Positions 9,066 to 19,531 of a DNA stretch of 64,000 nucleotides are shown here, piece after piece. Location of the stretch: the NCBI GenBank assembly GCA_963664225.1, contig OY760937.1:1408001-1472000 (forward strand). The letters are read 5' to 3'. How positions within the stretch are numbered: the first letter of the stretch is position 1; every line of letters starts with the position of its first letter. Below the pieces are notes generated by a model. That model was not told where the DNA came from, ran no database searches, and saw only the letters and a list, made by a program, of their open reading frames with translations. A program made the position numbers and the translations under genes. Source of the stretch: Verrucomicrobiia bacterium (GTDB lineage: Bacteria > Verrucomicrobiota > Verrucomicrobiia > Limisphaerales > UBA1319).

Positions 9066-10430
9066 TCAACGAACCGGCCAATAGGGAGAATCCGTGCGCG
9101 CGGTTTTCACATAATCTTGAACCCTGGCGATGATGTCTGGAAATTGATCGGCGCAGTTGTGGCTTTCGGCGATGTCTTTGGTTAAATCGTACAATTCCCA
9201 GGGCTGGTCTTGGGCAAGCCGGATGGCTTTCCAGTCGTTCATGCGAACAGCCTGTTTAAAGCCTCCCTCGTGAAATTCCCAATAGAGATTGGGATGATTC
9301 TCCTGCTTGTTTCCAACGAGCGTGGGCAGCATGGAAACACCATCGATGTTTTCAGGCGGCTTGATCCCGGCAATGGCGGCGGCTGTGGGTAGGAAATCCC
9401 AAAGGGCCCAAACCTGGTCACTGACCGTTCCAGCTTTGACGATTCCAGGCCAGCGGACGATCATGGGCACCCGGATGCCACCTTCATAAAGATCGCGTTT
9501 GATCCCGCGCAATGGGCCTGAGCTCTGAAAGAAAGCGGGGTTGATGCCGCCTTCCTTGTGTGGCCCGTTGTCACTGGTGAAGAAGACAACGGTATTGGTG
9601 TCGATTTTATATTTCTTAAGCAGACCCATGATGATTTCCACATCCTCATCCAGGCGCGTGATCATGGCCGCCTTGTTTTTTTCCTGTTGCGGCCAGTTTT
9701 CCTGCGTGTATGGGGCGTCGCTCGGAGTTTCCATTCCTTCATTCTTGAGCTCGTTATTGGCGTGAGGAATGGTGTAAGGGAGGTAGAGGAAAAAGGATTT
9801 GTTCTGGTTGAGACGGATAAAATTGCCTGTCGCCCGGATTAATAGATCCTGAACGTACTCACCCCGTTTGTTGGCCAGGTTTTTTTCGATTACAAATTTT
9901 GCTTTATTACGCCAGAGGTATTCCGGGTAATAGTTGTGGGCATGTGTCTGATCGAGATATCCGAACCATTCGTCAAAACCTTTACGATTGGGTTCTCCGG
10001 TCGTATTCTCCAGGCCCAGTCCCCATTTTCCGAAGATACCGGTGGAGTAATTCCCTTTTTTGAGAATCTCTGCAACCGTCAGGTCCTCAGGGGCCAGGGG
10101 CACATTGCCATTGCCGCGAATGCGAGCATGGCCCGTATGCAGACCGGTCATCAGGCTGGCTCGCGACGGCGCGCAAACCGTGCTGCCGGAATAGCACTGG
10201 GTGAAGCGTGCTCCTTCGGTGGCCATCTGATCCAAATTGGGGGTTTTAATGCGCTTTTGACCGTAACAACCCAAGTCCCCGTAACCCAGATCATCGGCAA
10301 GGATGAAAATGATGTTCGGTTTCATCTCCTTCTGAGGAGGTGCTGCGGCTCGAAGCGAAACGTGGAATAAAAAAAAGACGGCTGCAACCAGGGCCACCGT
10401 GCTCATCAACTGGAGTCGTTTCATGTGCAT
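9066..10430 (-). CDS. Arylsulfatase family protein, secreted
   Basis: PNIIFILADDLG, CAPSRASLMTG (CxPxR), GKWGLG and TSDNG motifs; signal peptide. Confidence 0.93.
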   Translation of the reverse strand: MHMKRLQLMSTVALVAAVFFLFHVSLRAAAPPQKEMKPNIIFILADDLGYGDLGCYGQKRIKTPNLDQMATEGARFTQCYSGSTVCAPSRASLMTGLHTGHARIRGNGNVPLAPEDLTVAEILKKGNYSTGIFGKWGLGLENTTGEPNRKGFDEWFGYLDQTHAHNYYPEYLWRNKAKFVIEKNLANKRGEYVQDLLIRATGNFIRLNQNKSFFLYLPYTIPHANNELKNEGMETPSDAPYTQENWPQQEKNKAAMITRLDEDVEIIMGLLKKYKIDTNTVVFFTSDNGPHKEGGINPAFFQSSGPLRGIKRDLYEGGIRVPMIVRWPGIVKAGTVSDQVWALWDFLPTAAAIAGIKPPENIDGVSMLPTLVGNKQENHPNLYWEFHEGGFKQAVRMNDWKAIRLAQDQPWELYDLTKDIAESHNCADQFPDIIARVQDYVKTARTDSPYWPVR

Positions 10431-10471
10431 AAATATTCTGTGATCAGCAAGTTGTCGGGTTGATTAGGGCC

Positions 10472-11734
10472 TTACTCCATGTAGGGAATGGTCAGCGGTC
10501 CGAGCGGCAGCACGGCCACGCGAGAATCAGGCCCGGCGGCATCGAGCAATCGTCTGACTTCCATGCCGATGTCATGACACGGCGTCAAATGAACCTTGCG
10601 AACGATTTCGTCCGGGATGGAGCTATGTAGCAACACGTTGGCCCGCCTCTGGATCAGGGCTTGAATCTGCGATTGCCATTGCTCTGGACGCGAGAAGCCC
10701 GGGGTTTGCATTTGCGAAAGCAATTGTTCGGGACACACCGCCTCAAACAATAATTTTTCGTGCGGACTGCCCGTGGGCACGCCTTCGCGACACTCAGCCG
10801 CCAAAATCAAAGTCCCCCCGGGCTTGAGAATGCGCGCACCCGCGCTCATGCCCTTGACTCCCTGGTATAGGTTCAAGTCCAGCGGGTAACCGCTGTTGGT
10901 TGTGACCACCACGTCAAAAGGCGCGGCAACCTTTTGCATGGCCGATTTCCTGACGAATTCCACGCCCACTTTGTGCGCGGCGATAAGGTCCCCGGCGAAT
11001 ACGCCTGCAATCTTGCGCTCTGCGTTGAGGGCGACATTGATTAAAAAGCTTGGACCCGCCTTCAATGCAATATCCCGCATTTCCTCCCAGACAGGATTTC
11101 CTTCCGTCATTCCAAAGGCCGCATGGGGATCGCCGATATTGCGCGCTCCATGATTGCTCATCACGGTCTTGAGTCCGGCACAACCTGGCATGATTCCCTT
11201 GGGGCCGCCGCTGAATCCGGCAAAAAAATGGGGTTCGATAAAACCGGTGACGATCCGGATGTCCGCTTCGACCAAATGGCGATTGAGCAGGATTGGAGCG
11301 CCGTCCCGCATGACACCCACCTTGGTCAGTTCATCCAGGTTTTCAGGTTCATGATTGATGACATGGAAGCGGCGGGCCACCTCCGGTGTCAGCATGCGCT
11401 CAAGTTCCTGCGGCGTATTGTGCCGGTGTGTTCCGAGTGCGTTGAGAAGGGTGATATGGGCGTCCGGAACATGCGACAGGTATTTGAGGAGCCAGGGGAT
11501 GATCCGCTCATTGGGTGTTGGACGTGTGATGTCGGTGAATACGATGCAGACCCGATCCTCCTTGGAAACCATTGTTCTCAGCGGGGGCAGGCCGACAGGA
11601 TGGTCCAACGCATGGAGGAATGAGGCTTGCTCATCGGCCAGTCCCTGGGCATGCGATGGTTCAATTACTGTGGTGCGACCACCGGGAAAATCCACCGCCA
11701 AATGTTCCTGACCGTATGCAAGCTCAACTCTCAT
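10472..11734 (-). CDS. larA: Nickel-pincer-dependent lactate racemase family protein (LarA)
   Basis: DITRPTP, ALGTHR, EPHFFAGFSGGPK and GYPLDLNLYQGVKG motifs. Confidence 0.88.
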   Translation of the reverse strand: MRVELAYGQEHLAVDFPGGRTTVIEPSHAQGLADEQASFLHALDHPVGLPPLRTMVSKEDRVCIVFTDITRPTPNERIIPWLLKYLSHVPDAHITLLNALGTHRHNTPQELERMLTPEVARRFHVINHEPENLDELTKVGVMRDGAPILLNRHLVEADIRIVTGFIEPHFFAGFSGGPKGIMPGCAGLKTVMSNHGARNIGDPHAAFGMTEGNPVWEEMRDIALKAGPSFLINVALNAERKIAGVFAGDLIAAHKVGVEFVRKSAMQKVAAPFDVVVTTNSGYPLDLNLYQGVKGMSAGARILKPGGTLILAAECREGVPTGSPHEKLLFEAVCPEQLLSQMQTPGFSRPEQWQSQIQALIQRRANVLLHSSIPDEIVRKVHLTPCHDIGMEVRRLLDAAGPDSRVAVLPLGPLTIPYME

Positions 11735-11809
11735 AAAACAAGCGAATTTGAAAACGCGTTCAAACGCACACTAATACTTTCCAGAATTTTCTGCCAAGAA
11801 ATCATGCGC

Positions 11810-13315
11810 TTATTTTCGTGCGGGGAAAACTTCCGCAATGGCATCCTGGAGCACCGAGAACAGGGTCTGGAGCTGTTTTGCGGTTGTGCAATAGGGCGGC
11901 ATGATCAACAACACATTGCCAATGGGACGCGATAGCACTCCGCGACGCGCCATGACATCACAGACCCGCATTCCGGCGCGTTCAGCCAGGGGGAAGGATT
12001 CCCGTTTTGTCCAATCCTTCACCAGTTCGATACCCAGGACCAGACCGACCTGACGGACGTCACCCACTTGCGGCAATGTCCAGAGGTCCCGCGCGAGGGT
12101 CTTCATATGACGCTGTAATCGCATTCGGGATTGGATCGACGCGGGGCTGTCCAGAAGGTCCATGCTGGCCAGCGAGGCGACGCTGGCAAGTTGGTTGGCG
12201 GTGTAACTGTGACCGTGAAAGAATGTTTTGAATTCTTCGTAGTCACCCAAGAACTGGTCAAAGATGGCCTGGGTGGTCAACGTGGCGGCCATGGGTAGAT
12301 AACCGCCTGTCATACCCTTGGCGATCGCCATCATGTCCGGTTGCACCCCTTCGTGCTGGACGGCAAATAGCGGGGCAGGGCAGGGCGGGTTCGAGGACGC
12401 CATCCAGCTTTCAGGAAATCCAGCGCGGCCAAATCCAATCATGACTTCATCGGCCACAAAAAGAGAGTGGTGCGAGCGGGTTATTTCCGCAACGCGACGG
12501 AGCCATCCAGCGGGTTGGGGAATCATTCCTGCCGCGCCCTGGATCATTGGTTCCACGACAAAGGCCGCATATGGATTTCCCTTTTTCGTCTGACTTGCGA
12601 ACGATTTTTCCACGACATCCACGCACTCCCAATGGCACTGGCGGTAATCCCGGGCATCTCCGCGTTCGGGCCGCGCGCGATTGAACGGGCAGCGGTAGCA
12701 GTATGGCGACATGACCTTGTCGGTTTGAAATACCAGTCCCGCATAGGCCTTGTGAAAAAGGTCGATATGGCCGACGCTCACTGCGCCGACGGTGTCTCCG
12801 TGATACGCGCCTTGCAGGGAAAGAAACTTTGGCTTTTTCGAGAAGCCGGTGCGTCGCGCAAATTCATGGGCCAATTTCAAGGCCACTTCCACAGCGGTTG
12901 AACCGTTGTCAGAGTAGAAAACCTTGGTCAGAGGAGCATCAGGACGCCTTTTGGAATGTTTCCCTTTTGCGCCTCCTCTGGCTTGTGGCGATACGCTCCA
13001 CTGGTGGCCGGCTTCCACAGTGTGGATCAGGCGTGCCGCCAGTGTGGACGCCGGTTCGTTGGCCAGGCCCAGTGCGGAGGAATGTTCGAGGCGACCGAGT
13101 TGGCGTCGAATGGCCGCGTTGATTTTCGGATGGCAATGCCCGTGGATATTGGTCCAGATTGACGCGTTCGCATCCAGGTATTCCTTGTCGTTGACATCCC
13201 ACAGCACGGCCCCTTTGCCGCGCGCAATGACGATGGGTTCCCGTTGCAGCCAGTCGCGCATTTGGGTGAATGGATGCCACACGAATTGATGGTCGAGTTT
13301 TGCCAGAGGATGCAT
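11810..13315 (-). CDS. bioA: Adenosylmethionine-8-amino-7-oxononanoate aminotransferase
   Basis: VWHPFTQM, DNGSTAVEVALK, AYHGDT, DEV, AKGMTGGYLP and FFHGHSY motifs. Confidence 0.93.
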   Translation of the reverse strand: MHPLAKLDHQFVWHPFTQMRDWLQREPIVIARGKGAVLWDVNDKEYLDANASIWTNIHGHCHPKINAAIRRQLGRLEHSSALGLANEPASTLAARLIHTVEAGHQWSVSPQARGGAKGKHSKRRPDAPLTKVFYSDNGSTAVEVALKLAHEFARRTGFSKKPKFLSLQGAYHGDTVGAVSVGHIDLFHKAYAGLVFQTDKVMSPYCYRCPFNRARPERGDARDYRQCHWECVDVVEKSFASQTKKGNPYAAFVVEPMIQGAAGMIPQPAGWLRRVAEITRSHHSLFVADEVMIGFGRAGFPESWMASSNPPCPAPLFAVQHEGVQPDMMAIAKGMTGGYLPMAATLTTQAIFDQFLGDYEEFKTFFHGHSYTANQLASVASLASMDLLDSPASIQSRMRLQRHMKTLARDLWTLPQVGDVRQVGLVLGIELVKDWTKRESFPLAERAGMRVCDVMARRGVLSRPIGNVLLIMPPYCTTAKQLQTLFSVLQDAIAEVFPARK

Positions 13316-13329
13316 GTGAATCGATTAAA

Positions 13330-14529
13330 TCAGGATGGGGGAGCTTTTGCGAGCGATTGCAGTGCATCGCATAAGGCCATGATGTCCGTTTGGGAGTGGG
13401 CCGCGCTCAGGGTCAGGCGCAGCCGGGCCTGACCGCGCGCCACCGTGGGATGGCGAATCGCAGGAATGAAAAAACCGCGTTCCCTCAAGGCAGCGGACCA
13501 GCGCATGGCCAACATCTCATCTCCAATTTGCAGCGGCACAATCGTGCTGCGCGGTGGCCCGCTGAATCCAGCTTTTGCCAATTCATCGCCGGCAATCCTG
13601 GCAAGCTCCCACAAATGCGCGCACCGTCGTTCGCCTTCTGTGGATCGAATCAATTCGATCCCGGCGGTCGCGGCGGTCGCGGCGGCAGGAGGCGGCGCAG
13701 TTGAAAAAACAAAGCTTCTCGCGCGGTTGATCAGCAGGGAGATTAAGGCGCGCGAGCCGCAAATGAATCCACCGCTTCCTCCAATCGCCTTGCTGAGCGT
13801 GCCCATTTGAACTTCGATCCGATCCGCAACCCCTTCCTCGGCGGCCAGGCCGCATCGCCCCGGCCCATACAAACCCGTGGAATGGGCTTCATCGACCATC
13901 AGCCACGCGTCATGTTTTTCCTTCAGCGCCACAATATCCCGCAGGGGCGCGTGATCGCCGTCCATTGAAAACACGCTTTCGGTCACCACCAGCACATGGG
14001 GGCTTGGACTGTTCTTTGCATTGGACCGCCGGGACCATTGAAGAATGCGCTCCAGGTCCTCCATGTCATTGTGTTTAAAGACACGGAGTTTGGCTCCGCA
14101 CATGCGCACTGCGTCAATCACGCAGGCATGAACGAGCTTGTCGATGATCACAATGCTGGATTTGTCCATCAACGCGGTGATCGTTCCCACGGCCGCCGCA
14201 TAGCCGGAAGAAAAGGCGAGGGCCGCCTCGGTGTTTTTAAAGCTCGCGAGCGCGCTTTCCAATGCGCCATGCGGTTCGAGCGTGCCGCAAATCAGCCGGG
14301 AAGCGCCAGAGCCGACCCCGTGGCGCTCGACGGCCCTGAGCGCCGCTTCCTTCAGTGCGGGATCATTGGCCAATCCCAAATAATCGTTCGAGGAGAAATT
14401 GAGCAGGGGACGGCCTTCCACAATAATGTGCGGACCTTGCGCGCCATGCAACGTGCGTAATTCGCGGTACAAACCCTGCGCGCGAATTTCCGCAAGCCTC
14501 TGCTTAAGTTCCTGTTCAAATCCACTCAT
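13330..14529 (-). CDS. bioF: 8-amino-7-oxononanoate synthase
   Basis: NFSSNDYLGL, ESVFSMDGD, VDEAH, GTLSKA and PTV..GQARLR motifs. Confidence 0.93.
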   Translation of the reverse strand: MSGFEQELKQRLAEIRAQGLYRELRTLHGAQGPHIIVEGRPLLNFSSNDYLGLANDPALKEAALRAVERHGVGSGASRLICGTLEPHGALESALASFKNTEAALAFSSGYAAAVGTITALMDKSSIVIIDKLVHACVIDAVRMCGAKLRVFKHNDMEDLERILQWSRRSNAKNSPSPHVLVVTESVFSMDGDHAPLRDIVALKEKHDAWLMVDEAHSTGLYGPGRCGLAAEEGVADRIEVQMGTLSKAIGGSGGFICGSRALISLLINRARSFVFSTAPPPAAATAATAGIELIRSTEGERRCAHLWELARIAGDELAKAGFSGPPRSTIVPLQIGDEMLAMRWSAALRERGFFIPAIRHPTVARGQARLRLTLSAAHSQTDIMALCDALQSLAKAPPS

Positions 14530-14547
14530 GCACAAACCGATTCGAAA

Positions 14548-15273
14548 TTACGTCCATCGACTGATCCGGCTGTCAAGCTGGAGTACCTGGCCGGAAATGT
14601 TTTTCATGCCCGCCACGAAGGCGATGAAGCGGGCGACTTCGACCGGATCGTTGAGCCGCTCCAGAACGTTATCCCGCGTGAAAGCATCGAGGACTGAGGA
14701 CGGGAGATTGCGGGTCATGGCGGTGGGAAGAACGCCTGGGAAAATGGCGTTGACCTGGATGTTGAATTGGCCCACTTCCCTGGCCAGCGATTGAGTCAGC
14801 CCAACAAGGCCGGACTTCGCGGCCGCGTAATTCGATTGTCCCGGTGCGCCGGTTTTGGCCGCATGGGAACTGATGTTGAGGATATGGCCTGAACGCCGGG
14901 CCATCATGGTTTTCAGGACGGCCTGAGCGCACAAAAATGCGCCCCTTAGATTCACACTCAGAACTGTGTCCCAGTCGATCTCATTGGTGCGGGCAAGCAG
15001 GCCATCAGCAGTGACCCCGGCGTTATTGACGAGGACATCGATCGCGCCCCAACGCTGTATTATGCGCGCAGCGCCGGCAAGAACCTGTTCGCGATCTTCG
15101 ACCGGCATGACGAAGGACCAGATGCTTTCGGACTCGGAAATATCCACGCATGGACGATGTGTGGTCGCGGCAACACGCCAGCCAAGCGCGGCAAATTCAG
15201 AAGTCAGGGCACTCCCCAATCCGCCGGCCGCGCCGGTGATCCATACGACCTTTTGCGTGAGATCCTCTGGCAT
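14548..15273 (-). CDS. SDR family oxidoreductase (FabG-like)
   Basis: TGAAGGLG, NNAG and YAAAK motifs; TAATG coupling to the upstream gene. Confidence 0.88.
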   Translation of the reverse strand: MPEDLTQKVVWITGAAGGLGSALTSEFAALGWRVAATTHRPCVDISESESIWSFVMPVEDREQVLAGAARIIQRWGAIDVLVNNAGVTADGLLARTNEIDWDTVLSVNLRGAFLCAQAVLKTMMARRSGHILNISSHAAKTGAPGQSNYAAAKSGLVGLTQSLAREVGQFNIQVNAIFPGVLPTAMTRNLPSSVLDAFTRDNVLERLNDPVEVARFIAFVAGMKNISGQVLQLDSRISRWT

Positions 15274-16532
15274 TAATTGAACATGTGAGGCGTCCGCTGC
15301 ACGACCCACTGACCGGAGATCATCACGCCGGAGGGCTTGCCGGAAAAATTAACTATTTCCTCCTCCGCTTCAGCCGCCGGGCATATGCAAGGCAGGGCAA
15401 CGAGATCGGCCCAGCTTCCAGGGCTTATCTCGCCCGCCAATCCTTCCAGCCCCAAAGCGCGCGCCGGATTTAGTGTGACCATGGCCAGTATGGTAGAGGC
15501 GGGAACCAAACCAGCATAGGCCGCATAGGCGCGCGATTCCGCAAACATATCCAGGGTCGGCACCCAGTCCCGGTCCTTGATCACCGTGGCCATGCTGTCG
15601 GTCCCCAGGCATATATTGACACCTGCTTTCCGAAGAGGATCATGAAGAAAAGGAGTATGCCGAAAATAGGCATGGCTGCGTGGGCAATGAACCACACTGG
15701 TCTGGCTGCGCGCGAGCCATTCCACATCGCCGGGCGCGAGATAATTTGCGTGAATCGCGAGGCAATCGGAATTGAGCAATCCAGCCTGCCCGGCCATTTG
15801 AATCGGTGAAATGTTTCTGATATCGCTCATGTTGCGCTGGTCGCGGAGCCAATCGAATAGCGGGCCTCGCGCATGTTCGAACATTTGAGCTTCATCAGCC
15901 GATTCGGCCAAATGAGTCATCAGTCGCCAGTTTCTTTCTCTCGCCGCCTTCTGGCATTGCTCCAGCAAAGCCGGCGTCGTTGAGTAGAGCGCATGCGGGG
16001 AAAGCCCCAATTGCCCATGCCCGGCCTGACGACATGCCTCCGCCTTTGACAGCGCTGGCTCCAATACATCTTGGGGTTGTCGTTCTTTGCGAATTCCAAT
16101 GACTTCAAAAAACGGAATCACTCGCAAAGGCGTTTGGAAACGAATTGCGGGGAGGAGGGCATGAACACTCTCGACATTGGCCACCGTGGTGGTGCCAGAT
16201 TCAAGTAATTGTTGCGCGCCATCGATCCATGAATCCTGGAAATGCGCATCAGTCCAGGAGCTTTTGACGCCATTGATGGCTTTAATCCAATCCGCAAAGC
16301 CTTTGCATGGCGGGATCATTCCAGCCATGTGGGTGTAATCCAAATGGCAATGGGAATTCACCAAGCCAGGCATCAGTACGTGATCGTCCAGGTCTGTGAT
16401 GCTTTCGCCGGGCCGAGGCTGAATTTGAGAGCGGCCGCCCACTTCCGTGATGCGGCCGTCAATAATTCTCACCGCTCCGTTTTCAATCGGCGGGCATCGA
16501 ACTGGAACGACAATGCGAGCCCGAAGGATCAC
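15273..16532 (-). CDS. Amidohydrolase family protein (deaminase-like)
   Basis: PGLVNSHCH, SPHALYS, THLAES, HCPRS and GTDS motifs. Confidence 0.88.
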   Translation of the reverse strand: MILRARIVVPVRCPPIENGAVRIIDGRITEVGGRSQIQPRPGESITDLDDHVLMPGLVNSHCHLDYTHMAGMIPPCKGFADWIKAINGVKSSWTDAHFQDSWIDGAQQLLESGTTTVANVESVHALLPAIRFQTPLRVIPFFEVIGIRKERQPQDVLEPALSKAEACRQAGHGQLGLSPHALYSTTPALLEQCQKAARERNWRLMTHLAESADEAQMFEHARGPLFDWLRDQRNMSDIRNISPIQMAGQAGLLNSDCLAIHANYLAPGDVEWLARSQTSVVHCPRSHAYFRHTPFLHDPLRKAGVNICLGTDSMATVIKDRDWVPTLDMFAESRAYAAYAGLVPASTILAMVTLNPARALGLEGLAGEISPGSWADLVALPCICPAAEAEEEIVNFSGKPSGVMISGQWVVQRTPHMFN

Positions 16533-16894
16533 TCCGTCAGTTCGGCCGCTTTCACCTGATTCGCGGTCTTGGTGCGGGAAGCCAGGGTGTGTTTGCGCGC
16601 CTTGACTTTGCTCTGATGCTTGCGAATCTGCTGTTCCACTTTTTTGATGACCAGATCAATGGCCGAGTAAAGGTCGCTTTGAGAATCTTCCGCGAAAAAG
16701 TCCGGACCCGGAACGGTGAGCCGGATGGCGCACTTGAACTGACGTTCTGGAAGGCGGGTATGATCGTGTTCGATGGTAACCCGTGCGTCTATTGCAAACC
16801 GGTCCAATCTCTCCAATTTTTCAATCTTATCGACGATGTGGTCTTCGATTGCCTTGGTGAGAGTGACATTGTGCGTGGAAAGGACAAGTTTCAT
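16529..16894 (-). CDS. raiA: Ribosome hibernation promoting factor / RaiA
   Basis: HNVTLTKAIEDHI...DLYSAIDLVIKKVEQQIRK. Confidence 0.88.
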   Translation of the reverse strand: MKLVLSTHNVTLTKAIEDHIVDKIEKLERLDRFAIDARVTIEHDHTRLPERQFKCAIRLTVPGPDFFAEDSQSDLYSAIDLVIKKVEQQIRKHQSKVKARKHTLASRTKTANQVKAAELTE

Positions 16895-16934
16895 ATCAAT
16901 AATATATTACAAAACTTTGGAAAATCCAGTTTAA

Positions 16935-18464
16935 CTATTCTTTTACTACAAGGTTGCGGTGCTTCACAAAAACAGAACGCAGGCTTTGAGACATGCCGTC
17001 CTGAAGAGATTGCAGTTCTTGATAAACGGGAACATTTTTTGCGTTTGGCTCCGCAGTCTCAGAGGAATTGAGACGGACGAATTGCTCCGTGATATCCGCA
17101 ATTTCAACCTTCTCACCATGCTGGCGAAGCAGACACCAAAGGGCTTGAAGGGCCGCGCCATAAGCCGCCCCCTCGCTGACTTCGAGCGTCACAACCTGGG
17201 CGTTGAAGACATCGGCCATGATTTGACGCCAGATCTTGGATTTGGCGCCGCCACCCGTTGCGCGAATCTGGGTCGGTTTGACGCCCAGTTCGGCAAGCCT
17301 TCGCAAACCGTAATTCATTCCCAGCGTTACTCCTTCCATGGCGGCGCGCGCGAGATTCCCGGCGTTCATCGTTTTCTGATTCACACCCAGGAAAACACCT
17401 GTGCCTGCCGGAACGTTCGGGGTGCGCTCGCCTTCCAGATAGGGCAGCAAGACGACGCCGTTGGAACCGGGAGCGGTCCTGCCGATGGTGGCATCGAGTT
17501 TCTTGATGTCCCATCCAAAACAATCGCGCACCATTTCGGTGGCCACAGTCACGTTCATCGTGCAAAGCAGCGGCAGCCAGTGATTCGTCGAATCGCAGAA
17601 GGCGGCGATTTCACCTTTGGGATCCACCACCGGTTTGTTCGCGCACGCATAAATGGTTCCGCTGGTTCCAAAGCTGGCTGTGATGACCCCTTCGCTTGTA
17701 TTGCCTGTGCCAATGGCGCCCATCATGTTGTCACCGCCACCCGCGCTGACGAGAATATCAGTGTCCAACCCCAGCGCCTTGGCGGTGGAGGCTTGGAGTT
17801 TGCCCGCCGGCTGATCGCTGGACATGAGCGGAGGCAATTTATCGATCAGATCCGCGTCAATGGTTTTGAGAACGGCTTCGGACCATTTCCGTTTGCGAAC
17901 GTCGAGCAGGGCGGTGCCGCTGGCGTCTCCATATTCCATCACGGCGCGGCCGGTGAGCCAGAAATTCAGATAATCGTGCGGCAGAAGAACCGTCTCCAAC
18001 CGTTTGAAATTCTCCGGTTCGTTCTTTTTCAACCAAAGTATCTTCGAAGCGGTGAACCCCGGCAAAACCGCGTTGCCCAAGGCTTTGACAGCCCCTTTCA
18101 AGCCGCCAAGTTTGGCGGTCATTTCCTCGCATTCCGCAGCCGTGGAGGTGTCGCACCAAAGTTTGGCCGGGCGAATGACTTCACCGCTTTTGTCCAAAGG
18201 CACGAATCCATGCTGTTGGCCGCTTACGCCAATGGCCTTGACTTCGCCAACTGTTGCCTTGGCCGCCTTGAGCGCCTGGCGAATGGCTTTGCTTGTGGCA
18301 TCCCGCCAGGTGTGCGGATGTTGCTCCTTTGCGCCGGGAGGCAGTCCGGGAATGAGGTCGTAGCCTTGTGATGCGGAGGACAGGACACGGCCTTTGACAG
18401 CATCCACGACCAATACTTTTGTGGATTGCGTTCCGCTATCGATACCCAAAATCAATGTTCTCAT
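16935..18464 (-). CDS. xylB: Xylulokinase
   Basis: LGIDSGTQSTK, SGQQHG, GGGDN, SFGTSG, GERTP and TGGGAKS motifs. Confidence 0.92.
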   Translation of the reverse strand: MRTLILGIDSGTQSTKVLVVDAVKGRVLSSASQGYDLIPGLPPGAKEQHPHTWRDATSKAIRQALKAAKATVGEVKAIGVSGQQHGFVPLDKSGEVIRPAKLWCDTSTAAECEEMTAKLGGLKGAVKALGNAVLPGFTASKILWLKKNEPENFKRLETVLLPHDYLNFWLTGRAVMEYGDASGTALLDVRKRKWSEAVLKTIDADLIDKLPPLMSSDQPAGKLQASTAKALGLDTDILVSAGGGDNMMGAIGTGNTSEGVITASFGTSGTIYACANKPVVDPKGEIAAFCDSTNHWLPLLCTMNVTVATEMVRDCFGWDIKKLDATIGRTAPGSNGVVLLPYLEGERTPNVPAGTGVFLGVNQKTMNAGNLARAAMEGVTLGMNYGLRRLAELGVKPTQIRATGGGAKSKIWRQIMADVFNAQVVTLEVSEGAAYGAALQALWCLLRQHGEKVEIADITEQFVRLNSSETAEPNAKNVPVYQELQSLQDGMSQSLRSVFVKHRNLVVKE

Positions 18465-18691
18465 TTTTATTTCGAACTGAATTCGTGCCAGAGCCTGGCG
18501 GAGCGTTGCTTATCGCCCTTCGAGTTGTTTCCCCGCTTATCCATTTAAAAAATCAGGCCCTCGAATAATAATTTTGCCCACTCAAACGGACACTGTCCAA
18601 CCTATACTCGTTCAATAATTTAAAAAAATGACCCTCGGTTTCGGTGGATTATTTCTTGTTCTCAATGCGAATTATAACCCAAGGTTGATGC

Positions 18692-19531
18692 ATGACGCCG
18701 ATTGAGGAACTTCAGGTGCGCATCCACGGTGATCCGGAATGTCCCGTCCTGGTGTATTTGCCGGGAGTCCATGGCGACTGGACCCTGGTGGCCAGTTTTC
18801 GCGCGGCGGTTTCCGGTCAGGTGCGATTTGTGGAGTTTACTTATCCACGTCAGCCACACTGGTCCCTGGCTGATTACGCGCAAGCCATTGAAACGGCACT
18901 GGCCGACAACGGGATCTCCAAAGTCTGGTTGCTGGGCGAATCCTTCGGCTCCCAGGTTGCATGGGAATTGGCCCGCAGAAATCGTCTTCAAGACCATGTT
19001 CCCGGCGGGCTTGAGATTCAGGGCATCGTTCTGGCGGGGGGCTTTGTTCGGCATCCTTTTATTGCCTCTGTGCGGGTTGCGCACTGGTTTTGGAACGAGA
19101 CGCCATTATGGTTTTTATCCCAGTTTCTGAAGCTATATGCCGCCGCCGCACCATACCGCCATCGTCATGCGCCTGAAACCCTGGCCGATTTGAGCGAGTT
19201 CGTGGCACGTCGCAATGCCGATGACAAAGTTGCCCTGGGCCGGCGCCTGAAATTGATTGCCCAAAACGATCCCCGACCGACCGCACGCGATTTTCACGCA
19301 CCGGTCTATTACCTCTCCGGTGGATTAGATCCCATCGTGCCATGGTTTTTCGTGCGGCGTTGGCTGCGCGCGCAGTGTCCGGGATTTCGTGAGTCAAAAA
19401 TTGTGGCCCGGGCGGACCACAATGTGTTGGGAACCGAGCCGAAGCAATCGGCACGGCATATCCTGGCATGGATCGGCAAGGCGGAGGTTCGCGGGATCAG
19501 CGGAAATCCGCCATCCTCTCCAGTTCCTTGA
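18692..19531 (+). CDS. Alpha/beta hydrolase
   Basis: GESFG nucleophile motif, then DPIVP and ADHNV; 3' end overlaps the convergent PfkB gene by 35 bp. Confidence 0.8.
   Translation: MTPIEELQVRIHGDPECPVLVYLPGVHGDWTLVASFRAAVSGQVRFVEFTYPRQPHWSLADYAQAIETALADNGISKVWLLGESFGSQVAWELARRNRLQDHVPGGLEIQGIVLAGGFVRHPFIASVRVAHWFWNETPLWFLSQFLKLYAAAAPYRHRHAPETLADLSEFVARRNADDKVALGRRLKLIAQNDPRPTARDFHAPVYYLSGGLDPIVPWFFVRRWLRAQCPGFRESKIVARADHNVLGTEPKQSARHILAWIGKAEVRGISGNPPSSPVP

Noticed and set aside
16959..18371. 470-aa plus-strand ORF
   Set aside because: It lies wholly antisense to xylB and has no motifs, as expected from codon bias in GC-rich DNA.
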